Positions 47,646-57,366 of a DNA stretch of 64,000 bases are shown one piece after another. A program made the translations under genes and the position numbers. Position 1 is the first letter of the stretch. Each line of letters opens with the position of its first letter. The DNA is from Candidatus Poribacteria bacterium. GTDB taxonomy: Bacteria; Poribacteria; WGA-4E; GCA-2687025. The DNA is taken from assembly GCA_963665845.2 (NCBI GenBank), contig OY762492.1, positions 160,001-224,000 of the forward strand, given 5' to 3'. The notes beneath the pieces are model-generated. The model ran no database searches. It was not told where the DNA came from and saw only the letters and a list, made by a program, of their open reading frames with translations.

Positions 47646-49022
47646 ATGAAAAAGCTGAAAACGCATTATGTGTGTCAAGAATGCGGGAAAACCTCCCTCA
47701 AAGACATGGGGCGCTGCCCAACCTGCGGCGCGTGGAATTCATATGAGGAGGAGCCGGTTGCGCCGGCGTCCAGCCGCTCGTCTGTCAAGGGGCAGGCGTC
47801 GGCGCGGTCAGCCTCCAAGCCGATTCCTCTTTTGGAGGCGCCGACCGAATCGGAGAAACGGCTGACGACAGGAATCGGCGAGTTTGACCGCGTTCTAGGC
47901 GGCGGCATCGTGCCAGGTTCCGGCGTTCTGATTGGAGGCGAGCCGGGCGTCGGCAAATCGACGCTGCTCATGCAGGCGGCGTCCGCCTTAGCCGATTCGA
48001 CAGGCGCGGTTCTTTACACCTCCGGCGAGGAGTCGGTCGCCCAGCTGAAACGGCGCGCCGACCGCATTGGTCTTCAATCGAAGCGGCTTTATCTGCTGGC
48101 TGAAACGGATGTGGACGCGATCTTGCATCAAACTGATCAGATGAACCCCGCCGCGCTCATTGTGGATTCGATACAGACGGCGGCGCGGTCGGCGTTCGAG
48201 TCGGCGCCGGGAAGCGTGACGCAGGCGCGGGAGAGCGCGTCCGCCTTTTTGCGCCATGCCAAGGACGCCTCAACGGCGCTGCTCATGACGGGTCATGTTA
48301 CCAAAGAGGGCGCCTTCGCCGGCCCGAAGATGCTGGAGCATATGGTGGACGCCGCGCTCTATTTTGAGGGCGAAAACGACGACGCCTACCGCATCGTCCG
48401 CGCTGTCAAAAACCGATTCGGGTCGACGAACGAAATCGGCGTCTTTGAAATGCGGGCGGACGGGTTGTCTCCTGTTGAGAACCCGTCCGCGCTGTTTATG
48501 AGTCAGCGAAGCGAGGGGGCGGAAGGCTCCGCCGTCGCGTGCGTCATGAACGGCTCGCGCCCCATTTTTCTTGAGGCGCAGGCGCTCGCCGTCCGGCGCA
48601 ACCACGGAAACTATGCGCCGTTTCGGGTGGCGGGCGGCATCAACAAAGACCGCGTCTCGCTGCTCATCGCCATCCTTGAAAAACGGGGCGGCATTCAGAT
48701 TCACAATTCCAACGTGTTTGTGAATGTTACGGGCGGGCTGCGCGTCAACGAACCGGGGGCGGATCTGGCGGCGCTGATGGCTCTCGCGTCCAGCTGCCTC
48801 GGCAAGCCCGTTCCGTCCGACACGGCGTTTATCGGAGAAGCGGGCCTCGGCGGAGAGATTCGAGCCGTCGGTCGGGCGTCTCAACGTTTCGCCGAAGCGG
48901 CGCGGCTTGGATTCAAGCGGGTTGTCGCCTCCAAACGCATGGCGGACGGCGCCGTCGTTCCGCCCCGCTTGGAGTTTGTCGGCGTCGCCAACCTGCGCGA
49001 AGCGCTGTCGCGGATGTTCTAG
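47646..49022 (+). CDS. radA: DNA repair protein RadA/Sms
   Basis: C4 zinc finger, GEPGVGKST, KNRFG and a Lon-like C-terminal domain. Confidence 0.96.
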   Translation: MKKLKTHYVCQECGKTSLKDMGRCPTCGAWNSYEEEPVAPASSRSSVKGQASARSASKPIPLLEAPTESEKRLTTGIGEFDRVLGGGIVPGSGVLIGGEPGVGKSTLLMQAASALADSTGAVLYTSGEESVAQLKRRADRIGLQSKRLYLLAETDVDAILHQTDQMNPAALIVDSIQTAARSAFESAPGSVTQARESASAFLRHAKDASTALLMTGHVTKEGAFAGPKMLEHMVDAALYFEGENDDAYRIVRAVKNRFGSTNEIGVFEMRADGLSPVENPSALFMSQRSEGAEGSAVACVMNGSRPIFLEAQALAVRRNHGNYAPFRVAGGINKDRVSLLIAILEKRGGIQIHNSNVFVNVTGGLRVNEPGADLAALMALASSCLGKPVPSDTAFIGEAGLGGEIRAVGRASQRFAEAARLGFKRVVASKRMADGAVVPPRLEFVGVANLREALSRMF

Positions 49023-49031
49023 TCGGCGCAT

Positions 49032-50516
49032 TCACCGGAAGGCGCGCTCAATGAAGCCTGTCAACTCAACCGAAGGGCGCGTTTCTCCGCGCGTGAACTG
49101 AACCGACAGACCGCACCGCGCCAGCCAGTTTTGACGCCGCGCCCATACGCGCAGCTCCGCGGCGCGGGTCGTTTCAGCCTCTCCTTTTAAAAAGGAAATG
49201 TCGGTCTCGCCGCGGTATCGGTCGTTGACGGTCGAATCGCCTTTTCTCCGCTGTTCAACCGAAAAAGAGGCGCGCATGTTCGGCGACAGAAAGCGCGCGT
49301 AGGAGGCATGCAGCAGGTCGGCGTCGTTGCCTAAAAAATGCCCCAGCGAGCGGCTGTAATGGGTGTATCGGTTCTCCTGTTTTAGATGCGTGTAGGCGAA
49401 GCGGCTGACGCGGCTGTACTCTAGGCGCCAATCGCCGAGCCGCCATCCAACGAGCCATGCAAGCGCCTGCGGATCGTTCGATTTCGGGTCGTAGCGCAGG
49501 TCGTCGATCAAGATTTCAGCGTGAACGGCATGGCGGTTTTCGAGCCGCCATTGGACATCCAGAGACGCCATGACGTTGTCGTCCAGGTCGGCATGCGAAG
49601 CGTCCTTTGCGGCGTTGAACTGGCTTGCATAGAACGGGAGGATCGGGTTCAGGTAATGGATTTCGGGGGCGCGCAGGTCTCCGCCGTACACAACGGCATC
49701 CGACAAGCCGATCTCTAGCCGCGGGGACGGTTTCCAGTTGAGTCGCCGGGCGGAGAAATACCGCTTTGCCAGATAACGCTCCGCCCCTGCTCCGCTCCAG
49801 ATGCGGTTCAAATAGGCGAAGACAGCATACCCCTTGAATTGTCCGAACGCGCCGTCGATGAAGAGGCCGTCTAGGCTGGGGCTGTCGTCGGAGAGAAGAA
49901 GGGCGGCGCGCATGCCCGGACCCCAGCGGAACGGCATGCGTCCAAGGCAAATGTTGACGCCTGAAAGACGCGCGGAGAGGGCGGCGCGGGTGAAATCGGC
50001 GGAGTAGCCCTCGTCGGGGAAGGCGTCGAACGGGTTCCATGGGCGCGTTCGGAACTGGACGGTGGAGGCGCCGGGCAGCGGGTCTTTTCGGTCGCCGGCG
50101 GGGAAGACGCGCGCTTCCAGGATCAGCTCCGCGCCTTTTGGGTGAAGCAGACGGAAGGCGGCGTTCAGATACGGCAGCGCGTTTTGAGACGTTTTACCGC
50201 GAATTCCCGCGCGCGCGTTGAGCGCCGCTCCAGCGCCGGCGGCGGGCAGGTCGCTTAGCAGCTGCCTCGCCAGGCGGCGGTCTAAGGGATCGGCGGCGCC
50301 GCGGGAGATGTTGAGCAAGACCGCTTCCGCCTCTTGAACGCTGTAGGGCTGGATGTTCAGATGAAAATCGCTCGTTTCGTTTTTTTCGGTTAAGTAACGA
50401 AACGCCTCGCTCCATACAGGGTTTAGAACGCCGTTCGGGGCGGGGGTTTGCGCTGCGGTATGCGTCAAAGCGGCAAACAGCAGGCAGGCGATGCTCAAGA
50501 CGGGGGCGCGTTTCAT
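49032..50516 (-). CDS. Capsule assembly Wzi-family outer-membrane beta-barrel
   Basis: Signal peptide; GRMPFRWGPG...LLLSD, LEIGLSDAVVYG, DNVMASLD, AEILIDD and LGHFLG motifs. Confidence 0.72.
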   Translation of the reverse strand: MKRAPVLSIACLLFAALTHTAAQTPAPNGVLNPVWSEAFRYLTEKNETSDFHLNIQPYSVQEAEAVLLNISRGAADPLDRRLARQLLSDLPAAGAGAALNARAGIRGKTSQNALPYLNAAFRLLHPKGAELILEARVFPAGDRKDPLPGASTVQFRTRPWNPFDAFPDEGYSADFTRAALSARLSGVNICLGRMPFRWGPGMRAALLLSDDSPSLDGLFIDGAFGQFKGYAVFAYLNRIWSGAGAERYLAKRYFSARRLNWKPSPRLEIGLSDAVVYGGDLRAPEIHYLNPILPFYASQFNAAKDASHADLDDNVMASLDVQWRLENRHAVHAEILIDDLRYDPKSNDPQALAWLVGWRLGDWRLEYSRVSRFAYTHLKQENRYTHYSRSLGHFLGNDADLLHASYARFLSPNMRASFSVEQRRKGDSTVNDRYRGETDISFLKGEAETTRAAELRVWARRQNWLARCGLSVQFTRGETRPSVELTGFIERAFR

Positions 50517-50522
50517 AGGCGC

Positions 50523-50528
50523 ATTATA
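50523..50528 (-). promoter_or_regulatory. -10 hexamer implying a leaderless mRNA for the Wzi-like gene
   Basis: TATAAT-GCGCCT-ATG on the minus strand, with no Shine-Dalgarno sequence. Confidence 0.45.
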
Positions 50529-50630
50529 TGCCATGCGCCGTTTTTCCGCTTATGCGGGGTTCGGTTGCGTTCGTCAACAAGATCGTTTATCATGCCCGAA
50601 CATCATCCGATTCAAATGGAAAGGGCAATC

Positions 50631-51077
50631 ATGGGAGCCTACATCCCGTTGGTAAGTTCCGAACTCGCCGGCCCTCTCGGCGTGATACATCTCCCAAGGC
50701 TGTGGCACAAGCTGACCCTGGGAACGACAGGTCAACTCCACGAAGAATGGGACCTGTGCGGAGCCGGCTTTGACCAGATGGTCCTGGACGGACTCGGTCT
50801 TGACAGGGACGCGGCGATCGCGTTCGTAAAAGAAGCGCGTCCGTCCTATGCGCAGTTTGAGGCATGGGTCGAGGAGAACGCTGGAGACGGCTGTCTGGAC
50901 GCTGAAAAGGTTGACGCGCTGAACGCCGCCATACGCGGTTACAACCACGCGGACGAAACGCGCAAAGCAATTCTGGACGCCGCCGGCATTGAGGACGACG
51001 GTTCCATCCTGGACGCCGTGAACTTGAACAATCTGGACGATTGGACGGAGTTTCATCAGAACGTCATTGCGGATTGA
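50631..51077 (+). CDS. DUF5069-like protein
   Basis: Start MGAYIPLVSS; GPLGVIHLPRLW, GFDQMVLDGLG and NNLDDW..FH motifs. Confidence 0.65.
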   Translation: MGAYIPLVSSELAGPLGVIHLPRLWHKLTLGTTGQLHEEWDLCGAGFDQMVLDGLGLDRDAAIAFVKEARPSYAQFEAWVEENAGDGCLDAEKVDALNAAIRGYNHADETRKAILDAAGIEDDGSILDAVNLNNLDDWTEFHQNVIAD

Positions 51078-52308
51078 GCGGCTCTGTTTTCTTTTGGCGG
51101 CGCTCTGCGCTGCCGCTTCGGCTGAAGAATCGCCTGTCGAGGCGGTTTTCTCCCGCTACTGCGCTTCATGCCATACGGGAGAAGAGGCTCCAGGCGCTCT
51201 GCGTCTAGATTCGGCGGAGGCGGCGGAATCTGCCTCTGCCGTTTCTGCGGAGATTCTGCGCCGCATGACGCTCCCAGCCGGCGACCCGAAAGCGATGCCG
51301 CCGGCGAGCGTCAAGCGGCGCCCAACCGCGGCCGACATCGAAACGGTCCGCGCATGGGCGGCTTCGTTCTCGAAAACGGAGACGGAACATTTAACCGACC
51401 ATTTAACCGAAAAAGAGGCGAAACCGCTGCCGCCAAGCCCCGAAACGCCGGCGGACGCGGCGGCTGTTCTCGCGCTGAAAGAAGCGGGGGCGTATGTGTC
51501 GCGCGTGTCGCAAGAAACGCATTGGCTGACGGTTGATGTCTCGGACCGACCGCTTCCCCTGGAAAGTTTCCGCCAAATCGCCCCTTGGGTCTATGAGCTG
51601 GACCTGTCGGGCGTTGAACCGCCTGAAAGCGTCGGCGCCGCCTTAACGGAATGCGTCAACTTGCGAAGGCTGAATTTATCGCGCGCGGCGCATGTTGACC
51701 CGCTCTGGCTGGCGCCGCTGACGGCGCTGGAGACGCTCAATTTATACGGCGCGCAGTGCGGCGACGAAGTCTTAGACGCGCTCGGAACGCTGCCGAATTT
51801 AGACCGAGTCTATCTGTCCGACACGGGCGTCACTGAAGAGGGCGTCAACCGCCTGCGCCAGATGCGCCCCGACATGGCGGTCATGGACGCCTCCTTGAAA
51901 CGCCCGCCGCATGCCGTCGCCTGGAGCGCGGAGCAGATACAGGTATGGCGGCGCGCCCTGCAGATATGGGGAACGCGCCGAACGCGCAAATTTGAGGAGG
52001 CGCGCGGCTGGTTTCATCCGAACTGGTCGGGCGTCCTGCCGGGGCAAGTCGGCTTCGTTTCGTTTGACGATTGGAAAACGGCGTTGACCGAAGAAACGCA
52101 GGGCAGAACCTATCCCGTTTTACAGCTCTTTCCACGCGCGGTACAGATCGCCGGCGACACGGCGGCAATCTACGCCGACTACTACTTCTCCTCGTTCAAA
52201 GGAACCGACCCGATTGAAACATCGTCAGGACGCTTGGTTGAGGCGTACATAAAGACGGAGGAGGGATGGATACTCCTCTCCTCCGCGCAGATGGAGGCGT
52301 CGGAATGA
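51067..52308 (+). CDS. Secreted cytochrome c + leucine-rich repeat + NTF2-like fusion protein
   Basis: Signal peptide, CASCH...MPP (planctomycete-type cytochrome c), LRRs (LRRLNLS, LETLNLYG, LDRVYLSDT) and a C-terminal SnoaL/DUF4440-like pattern (GDTA...GWIL). Confidence 0.72.
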   Translation: MRIERLCFLLAALCAAASAEESPVEAVFSRYCASCHTGEEAPGALRLDSAEAAESASAVSAEILRRMTLPAGDPKAMPPASVKRRPTAADIETVRAWAASFSKTETEHLTDHLTEKEAKPLPPSPETPADAAAVLALKEAGAYVSRVSQETHWLTVDVSDRPLPLESFRQIAPWVYELDLSGVEPPESVGAALTECVNLRRLNLSRAAHVDPLWLAPLTALETLNLYGAQCGDEVLDALGTLPNLDRVYLSDTGVTEEGVNRLRQMRPDMAVMDASLKRPPHAVAWSAEQIQVWRRALQIWGTRRTRKFEEARGWFHPNWSGVLPGQVGFVSFDDWKTALTEETQGRTYPVLQLFPRAVQIAGDTAAIYADYYFSSFKGTDPIETSSGRLVEAYIKTEEGWILLSSAQMEASE

Positions 52309-55300
52309 AAAGTCGATGCGGAGCGTTCGCTTTTGCCGCCGTTTTATTTATCGCCGGCGCCGCATATTTTACCGCATCGGCGGACGAGGCGCCGCAGGTT
52401 CAGTTCAACAAACAGATACGCCCTGTCTTGTCGGACAAGTGCTTTGCGTGCCATGGTCCTGACAGCGGCCAGCGCAAAGCAAACCTGCGCCTGGACAGGC
52501 GGGAAGGCGTGGAGCGCGTTACAACCCCCGGCAAGCCGATGGAGAGCGCCCTGTATCAACGCATCGCTTCTCCAGACGACTCGTTCCGAATGCCGCCCGT
52601 ACATTCAAAGCGCATGTTGAGCGATGAGGAGATCGCGCTGTTGAAGAGGTGGATTGAGCAGGGAGCCGTCTTTGAAACGCACTGGGCGTTCGTTCCGCCG
52701 AAGCGGGTTGAGCCGCCCGCTGTCCAGAATGAGGCATGGGCGCAAAACGAGATCGACCGCTTTATCCTGCGCCGTCTTGAAGAGGAGGGGCTGTCTCCGT
52801 CGCCTGAAGCGGGCAAGGAGCGTCTGCTGCGCCGCCTGTCGTTCGACCTGACAGGCTTGCCGCCGTTGATAAAGGAAATGGACGCCTTTTTGCTGGACGA
52901 GTCGCCTGAAGCGTATGAGCGGGCGGTCGACCGGCTTCTCTCGTCCCCGCGCTTTGGAGAGCGCATGGCGGCTGAATGGCTTGATCTAGCGCGGTATGCG
53001 GACACGTACGGCTACCAGTCCGACGTTTTCAGGGATATGTCCCCATGGCGCGATTGGGCAATCCGCGCGTTCAATGAAAACCTGCCGTACGACGATTTCT
53101 TGATCTGGCAGCTGGCGGGAGACCTGTTGCCGGACGCAACCTTTGAACAGCGTTTGGCAACCGCCTTCAACCGAAACCACCGCCAGACGAACGAGGGCGG
53201 CAGCGTTGAAGAAGAGTTTCGCGCCGAGTATGTGGCCGACCGCGTCGACACGTTCGGCACCGCGTTTCTGGGCATGACCTTCCAATGCGCCCGCTGCCAT
53301 GACCATAAATACGATCCTGTTTCCCAAAAGAACTACTATGAGCTGTTCGCCTTTTTCAACAACATCGACGAAAGCGGCCTCTATTCCCACTTCACGAACG
53401 CGACGCCGACGCCGACCCTTCTTTTAACAAACGAAAAGACGGAGGCGGAGCTTGCGCAGCTTCGTCAGGCGGCCGCGGAGGCGGAGACGGCGTATGCGCA
53501 GCTGATCGAGACGCGGCGGGAGGCGTTTGAAGCCTGGCGTCAAAACTGGGGCGGCGAACTGGAGCCGAAGGGGCAGGTCGGACATTACCCGCTGGACGTT
53601 ATAGACGGCGGCAAGACGCCGAACGAACTGGACGCCGAAAAGCCCGCTTCCGTCGGCGGAGGCAATACGGCTGTCGAAGGGCGCAGCGGCGGAGCCGTCC
53701 AGTTGACCGGCGACAGCGCTTTAACATTGAGCGGCGTCGGCAGCTTCAACCGCTCGCAGCCGTTCACCGTTTCTCTATGGGTACGTCCGTCCCGCCTGCA
53801 TGAGCGCGCCGTTCTGTTCCATGTTTCCCGCGCCTGGACAGACGCCGGCAGCCGAGGTTATCAGCTGCTTTTGGAGAATGGGCGTCTCAGCGGCTCGCTG
53901 ATTCATTTTTGGCCGGGCAACGCGATCCGCGTACTTTCGCTCAACCCGCTTCCCGTCAACGAGTGGACGCATGTAACGATGTCGTATGACGGCTCAAGCC
54001 GCGCGGCGGGGCTGCGTCTTTATGTGAACGGCGAAGCGGCGCCGGCGGAGATTGTCCGCGACCATCTCTATAAGGACATCTCTTACGGCGGCGGAATGTC
54101 GCTGGCGATTGGGCAGCGTTTTCGGGACAAGGGGTTCAAAGACGGGCAGGCGGATGAGATACGGGTCTTCAACCGCAGCCTCTCCGCGCTGGAGGCGCGC
54201 CGACTCTATGAGCCTGTGAACGACGCTTCGGACGAGGCGCTGTTTGAGTACTACATCGCCGCCGTTGACGAAGCCGCCGCCGAAGCGCGCGCCAAGCGAA
54301 ACGAGGCAAGGGCGAAGCGCGACTCGCTGGAGAACGGCATCCGCGAAATCATGACCATGAAGGAGATGGCTGAACGCCGCCCGACCTACCTATTGGAGCG
54401 CGGCGCCTACGATTCCCCAGGCGAACAGGTGTACCCAAACGCTCCAGCCTCCATTCACCCGTTTTCAGACGATCTCCCGCGCAACCGCCTCGGCTTGGCG
54501 CGTTGGGCAATCGATGAGCTTCATCCGCTGACGGCGCGCGTCGCGGCAAATCGTTATTGGCAGTGGCTTTTTGGCACAGGCTTTGTGTCAACGCCTGAAG
54601 ATTTCGGCAGCCAAGGCGATCCGCCGTCGCATCCTGAACTGCTCGACTGGCTCGCTCTGCGCCTGATCGAATCGGGGTGGGATCAGAAGGGCATGATCAA
54701 GATGATTCTCATGTCGGCGGCATACCGCCAAGATTCGATCGGCGCCGCCGACTCGCAGCGCGTCGATCCGATGAACCGCCTCTTGGCGCGCGGTCCGCGC
54801 ATGCGCCTCTCCGCCGAGATGATACGCGACAGCGCGCTCATGGCGTCCGGCCTTCTGTCGGGAGAGATCGGGGGCGGAGCCGCCAAACCGTACCAGCCGG
54901 ACGGACTCTGGCGCGAAAAGTCGGGCGGAACCTACAGGCGCGATTCCAACCTGAACCTGTACCGCCGCAGCCTTTACACCTACTGGAAACGCGGGTCGCC
55001 GCCGCCCGCCATGTTGATCTTGGACGCCGAAACGCGCGAGGTTTGCACGGCAAAACGGCGCGTCACGAACACGCCGACGCAGGCGCTGCTGCTCATGAAC
55101 GGAACGCAGTTTATGGAAGCGGCGCGCGCCCTCGCCGAACGCTGCATACGGGAAAGCGGAGGCGACGTCCAAGAACGGCTGCGCATCGCCCATCGACTCG
55201 CGGCGAGCCGCATTCCGACGCAGAGGGAGATGGAAACGCTGACGCGGCTTTATGAAGCGCAGCATGCGCTGTTCGACGCGAATCCTGAGCTGGCGTATGC

Positions 55301-55418
55301 GCTTCTTTCGGTCGGCGACTCGACCTTTGACGCAAATATCGATATGATAGAGCTGGCGGCTTCGACGATGGTCGCCAGCGCGCTGCTGAACGCGGACGAG
55401 GCATTGACGAAACGTTAG
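52305..55418 (+). CDS. Planctomycete cytochrome c / DUF1549 / LamG / DUF1553 (PSD1) protein
   Basis: Signal peptide; CFACHGPD, WLDLARYADT, CARCHDHKYDP, a LamG segment, TARVAANRYW, PSHPELLDWLA and TNTPTQAL. Confidence 0.92.
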   Translation: MKSRCGAFAFAAVLFIAGAAYFTASADEAPQVQFNKQIRPVLSDKCFACHGPDSGQRKANLRLDRREGVERVTTPGKPMESALYQRIASPDDSFRMPPVHSKRMLSDEEIALLKRWIEQGAVFETHWAFVPPKRVEPPAVQNEAWAQNEIDRFILRRLEEEGLSPSPEAGKERLLRRLSFDLTGLPPLIKEMDAFLLDESPEAYERAVDRLLSSPRFGERMAAEWLDLARYADTYGYQSDVFRDMSPWRDWAIRAFNENLPYDDFLIWQLAGDLLPDATFEQRLATAFNRNHRQTNEGGSVEEEFRAEYVADRVDTFGTAFLGMTFQCARCHDHKYDPVSQKNYYELFAFFNNIDESGLYSHFTNATPTPTLLLTNEKTEAELAQLRQAAAEAETAYAQLIETRREAFEAWRQNWGGELEPKGQVGHYPLDVIDGGKTPNELDAEKPASVGGGNTAVEGRSGGAVQLTGDSALTLSGVGSFNRSQPFTVSLWVRPSRLHERAVLFHVSRAWTDAGSRGYQLLLENGRLSGSLIHFWPGNAIRVLSLNPLPVNEWTHVTMSYDGSSRAAGLRLYVNGEAAPAEIVRDHLYKDISYGGGMSLAIGQRFRDKGFKDGQADEIRVFNRSLSALEARRLYEPVNDASDEALFEYYIAAVDEAAAEARAKRNEARAKRDSLENGIREIMTMKEMAERRPTYLLERGAYDSPGEQVYPNAPASIHPFSDDLPRNRLGLARWAIDELHPLTARVAANRYWQWLFGTGFVSTPEDFGSQGDPPSHPELLDWLALRLIESGWDQKGMIKMILMSAAYRQDSIGAADSQRVDPMNRLLARGPRMRLSAEMIRDSALMASGLLSGEIGGGAAKPYQPDGLWREKSGGTYRRDSNLNLYRRSLYTYWKRGSPPPAMLILDAETREVCTAKRRVTNTPTQALLLMNGTQFMEAARALAERCIRESGGDVQERLRIAHRLAASRIPTQREMETLTRLYEAQHALFDANPELAYALLSVGDSTFDANIDMIELAASTMVASALLNADEALTKR

Positions 55419-55428
55419 GGGGTTCCCC

Positions 55429-56844
55429 ATGTCCGATAGAATGACGGTCACGCGCCGCGCTTTTCTCTATAAAATGGGTCTCGGACTCGGCTCGGTCGCC
55501 CTGTCGCAGCTGATGGGCGGATCAAAAGCGAAGGCGGGACTGCTGGAGGCGCCGCACCATGCCCCGAAGGCGAAGCGGGTCGTCTATCTGTTTCAAAGCG
55601 GCGGCCCCTCCCATATGGATATGTTCGATTACAAGCCGATGTTGAACGCGCAGCATGGACAGGAGCTGCCCGACTCGGTGCGCCAAGGTCAGCGGTTGAC
55701 CGCCATGTCGGGTCATCAGGCGACGCTGCCGCTGGCAGGCTCCGTTTTTCAATTCAAACAGCATGGGAAATCGGGCGCCTGGGTAAGCGACCTTCTGCCC
55801 TATACAAGCGAGATTGTGGACGACCTGTGCTTCATCCGCTCGCTTTATACGGAAGCGATCAACCATGACCCCGCCATCACCTTTTTTCAGACAGGCTCGC
55901 AGATCGCCGGGCGCCCCAGTATCGGCTCCTGGATCAGCTACGGCATGGGAAGCATGAACGAGAATCTGCCGGCGTTTTGCGTCCTTGTCAGCAAAAACAA
56001 GGGCGGACAGCCGCTCTATTCGCGCCTGTGGGGGAACGGCTTTCTGCCGTCTGAACATCAAGGCGTGCAGTTTCGGGCGGGCAAAGATCCTGTCCTTTAC
56101 TTGACGAATCCGGACGGCGTCACCGAAGATTGCCGCCGTTTGATGCTGGACGGCTTGAAGGAGCTGAACGAAATCGCCTATGAGCGCGAGGAGGATGAAG
56201 AGATACGGGCGCGGACGCTTCAATACGAGATGGCGTACCGCATGCAAACCTCCGTTCCAGAAGCGATGGACATCTCAAACGAGCCTGACCATGTGTTCGA
56301 CATGTATGGACCGGACGCGCGCGACCCTGGAACCTACGCCGCGAATTGCTTGCTGGCGCGGCGGCTGCTGGAGCGCGATGTGCGTTTTGTGCAGCTGTAC
56401 CATAAGGGGTGGGATCAGCATGGAAACCTGCCGAACGCGATACGCCAGCAGTGCCTGGAGACGGATCAAGCGTCCGCGGCGCTGGTGAAAGACCTCAAGA
56501 TGCGCGGGCTGCTAAAAGACACGCTGGTGATCTGGGGCGGCGAGTTTGGGCGCACCAGTTACTGTCAAGGGCGGTTGACCCGCTCCAACTACGGCAGAGA
56601 CCATCACCCGCGCTGCTTCACCGTCTGGATGGCGGGGGGCGGCGTCAAGGCGGGTTCAACCTACGGCGAGACCGACCAGCTCGGCTACAACATCGCCAAA
56701 GACCCTGTCCATGTGTACGACCTGCATGCGACGATGCTGCATCTGCTTGGAATCGACCATGAGCGCTTGACGCATAAGTATCAGGGGCGCCGCTTCCGTT
56801 TGACCGACGTTCATGGGGAGATCGTCCAGGGCGTTTTGGCTTAG
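55429..56844 (+). CDS. DUF1501-domain protein with twin-arginine signal
   Basis: TRRAFL, GGPSHMD.FD.KP, GWDQH, WGGEFGRT, GRDHHP and RLTDVHG motifs. Confidence 0.92.
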   Translation: MSDRMTVTRRAFLYKMGLGLGSVALSQLMGGSKAKAGLLEAPHHAPKAKRVVYLFQSGGPSHMDMFDYKPMLNAQHGQELPDSVRQGQRLTAMSGHQATLPLAGSVFQFKQHGKSGAWVSDLLPYTSEIVDDLCFIRSLYTEAINHDPAITFFQTGSQIAGRPSIGSWISYGMGSMNENLPAFCVLVSKNKGGQPLYSRLWGNGFLPSEHQGVQFRAGKDPVLYLTNPDGVTEDCRRLMLDGLKELNEIAYEREEDEEIRARTLQYEMAYRMQTSVPEAMDISNEPDHVFDMYGPDARDPGTYAANCLLARRLLERDVRFVQLYHKGWDQHGNLPNAIRQQCLETDQASAALVKDLKMRGLLKDTLVIWGGEFGRTSYCQGRLTRSNYGRDHHPRCFTVWMAGGGVKAGSTYGETDQLGYNIAKDPVHVYDLHATMLHLLGIDHERLTHKYQGRRFRLTDVHGEIVQGVLA

Positions 56845-56951
56845 CCGCTGTGAACAAGAAGAGGACGCGCCAAGACCGGCGGAGAGCGCGAAAACAGCGC
56901 ATAACGAAAAGCGGCGGGTAGTACGCCTATACGGGGATATTCGCGGCTCGG

Positions 56952-57046
56952 CGCGTCCGATTCCCCCTTGAAAAGGGGCTAGGGGGTTTAAAAGACAGGC
57001 GCGACGGCTGCGATGGCCTAAGATTCCCGCTTGCGCGGGAATGACG
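56952..57046 (-). repeat. Family B plus family A composite
   Basis: Same module order and linker (GGCTGCGAT) as 47485..47575. Confidence 0.88.
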
Positions 57047-57221
57047 ACAGGCGACGACAAAGCTTTAAGGTCAAAAAATGAAGTTCATCGCATGAGCGTA
57101 CTGCCAAGCGGCGTTGATGGACGCATTGTTTCATGATATGCCGTAAAATGAAATAAGCGGGCGCGTTATTCCATAAAGAGCCGTTTTTTGAAATAAGGGC
57201 GCGACACAGCTGCGGGTGGAT

Positions 57222-57341
57222 GCGGACGTCGTCTGTTGCGCCTCTAGATTCCCGCTTGCGCGGGAATGACAGCCCGGTAAGCGGCGCCTTTTCCCATGAA
57301 TAGAGCAATCGTCGGTTCAAATGTCCCAACTTTAGGCATGA
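57222..57341 (-). repeat. Inverted copy of the 11473..11613 element
   Basis: The reverse complement reads TCATGCCTAAAGTTGG...TATTCATGGGAAAAGGC...family A...TAGAGGCGC..CAGACGACGTCCGC. Confidence 0.85.
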
Positions 57342-57366
57342 GGTCGCCTATCCCCAGTGAGCGGCT

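Noticed and set aside
51388-51410. Short tandem duplication CATTTAACCGA encoding HLTDHLTE
   Set aside because: It is an in-frame slippage event in a linker and has no evident significance.
3940-57270. Hairpins as integron attC sites or intrinsic terminators
   Set aside because: There are no RYYYAAC/GTTRRRY cores, no integrase and no U-tracts. Copies also occur between divergent promoters and housekeeping genes.
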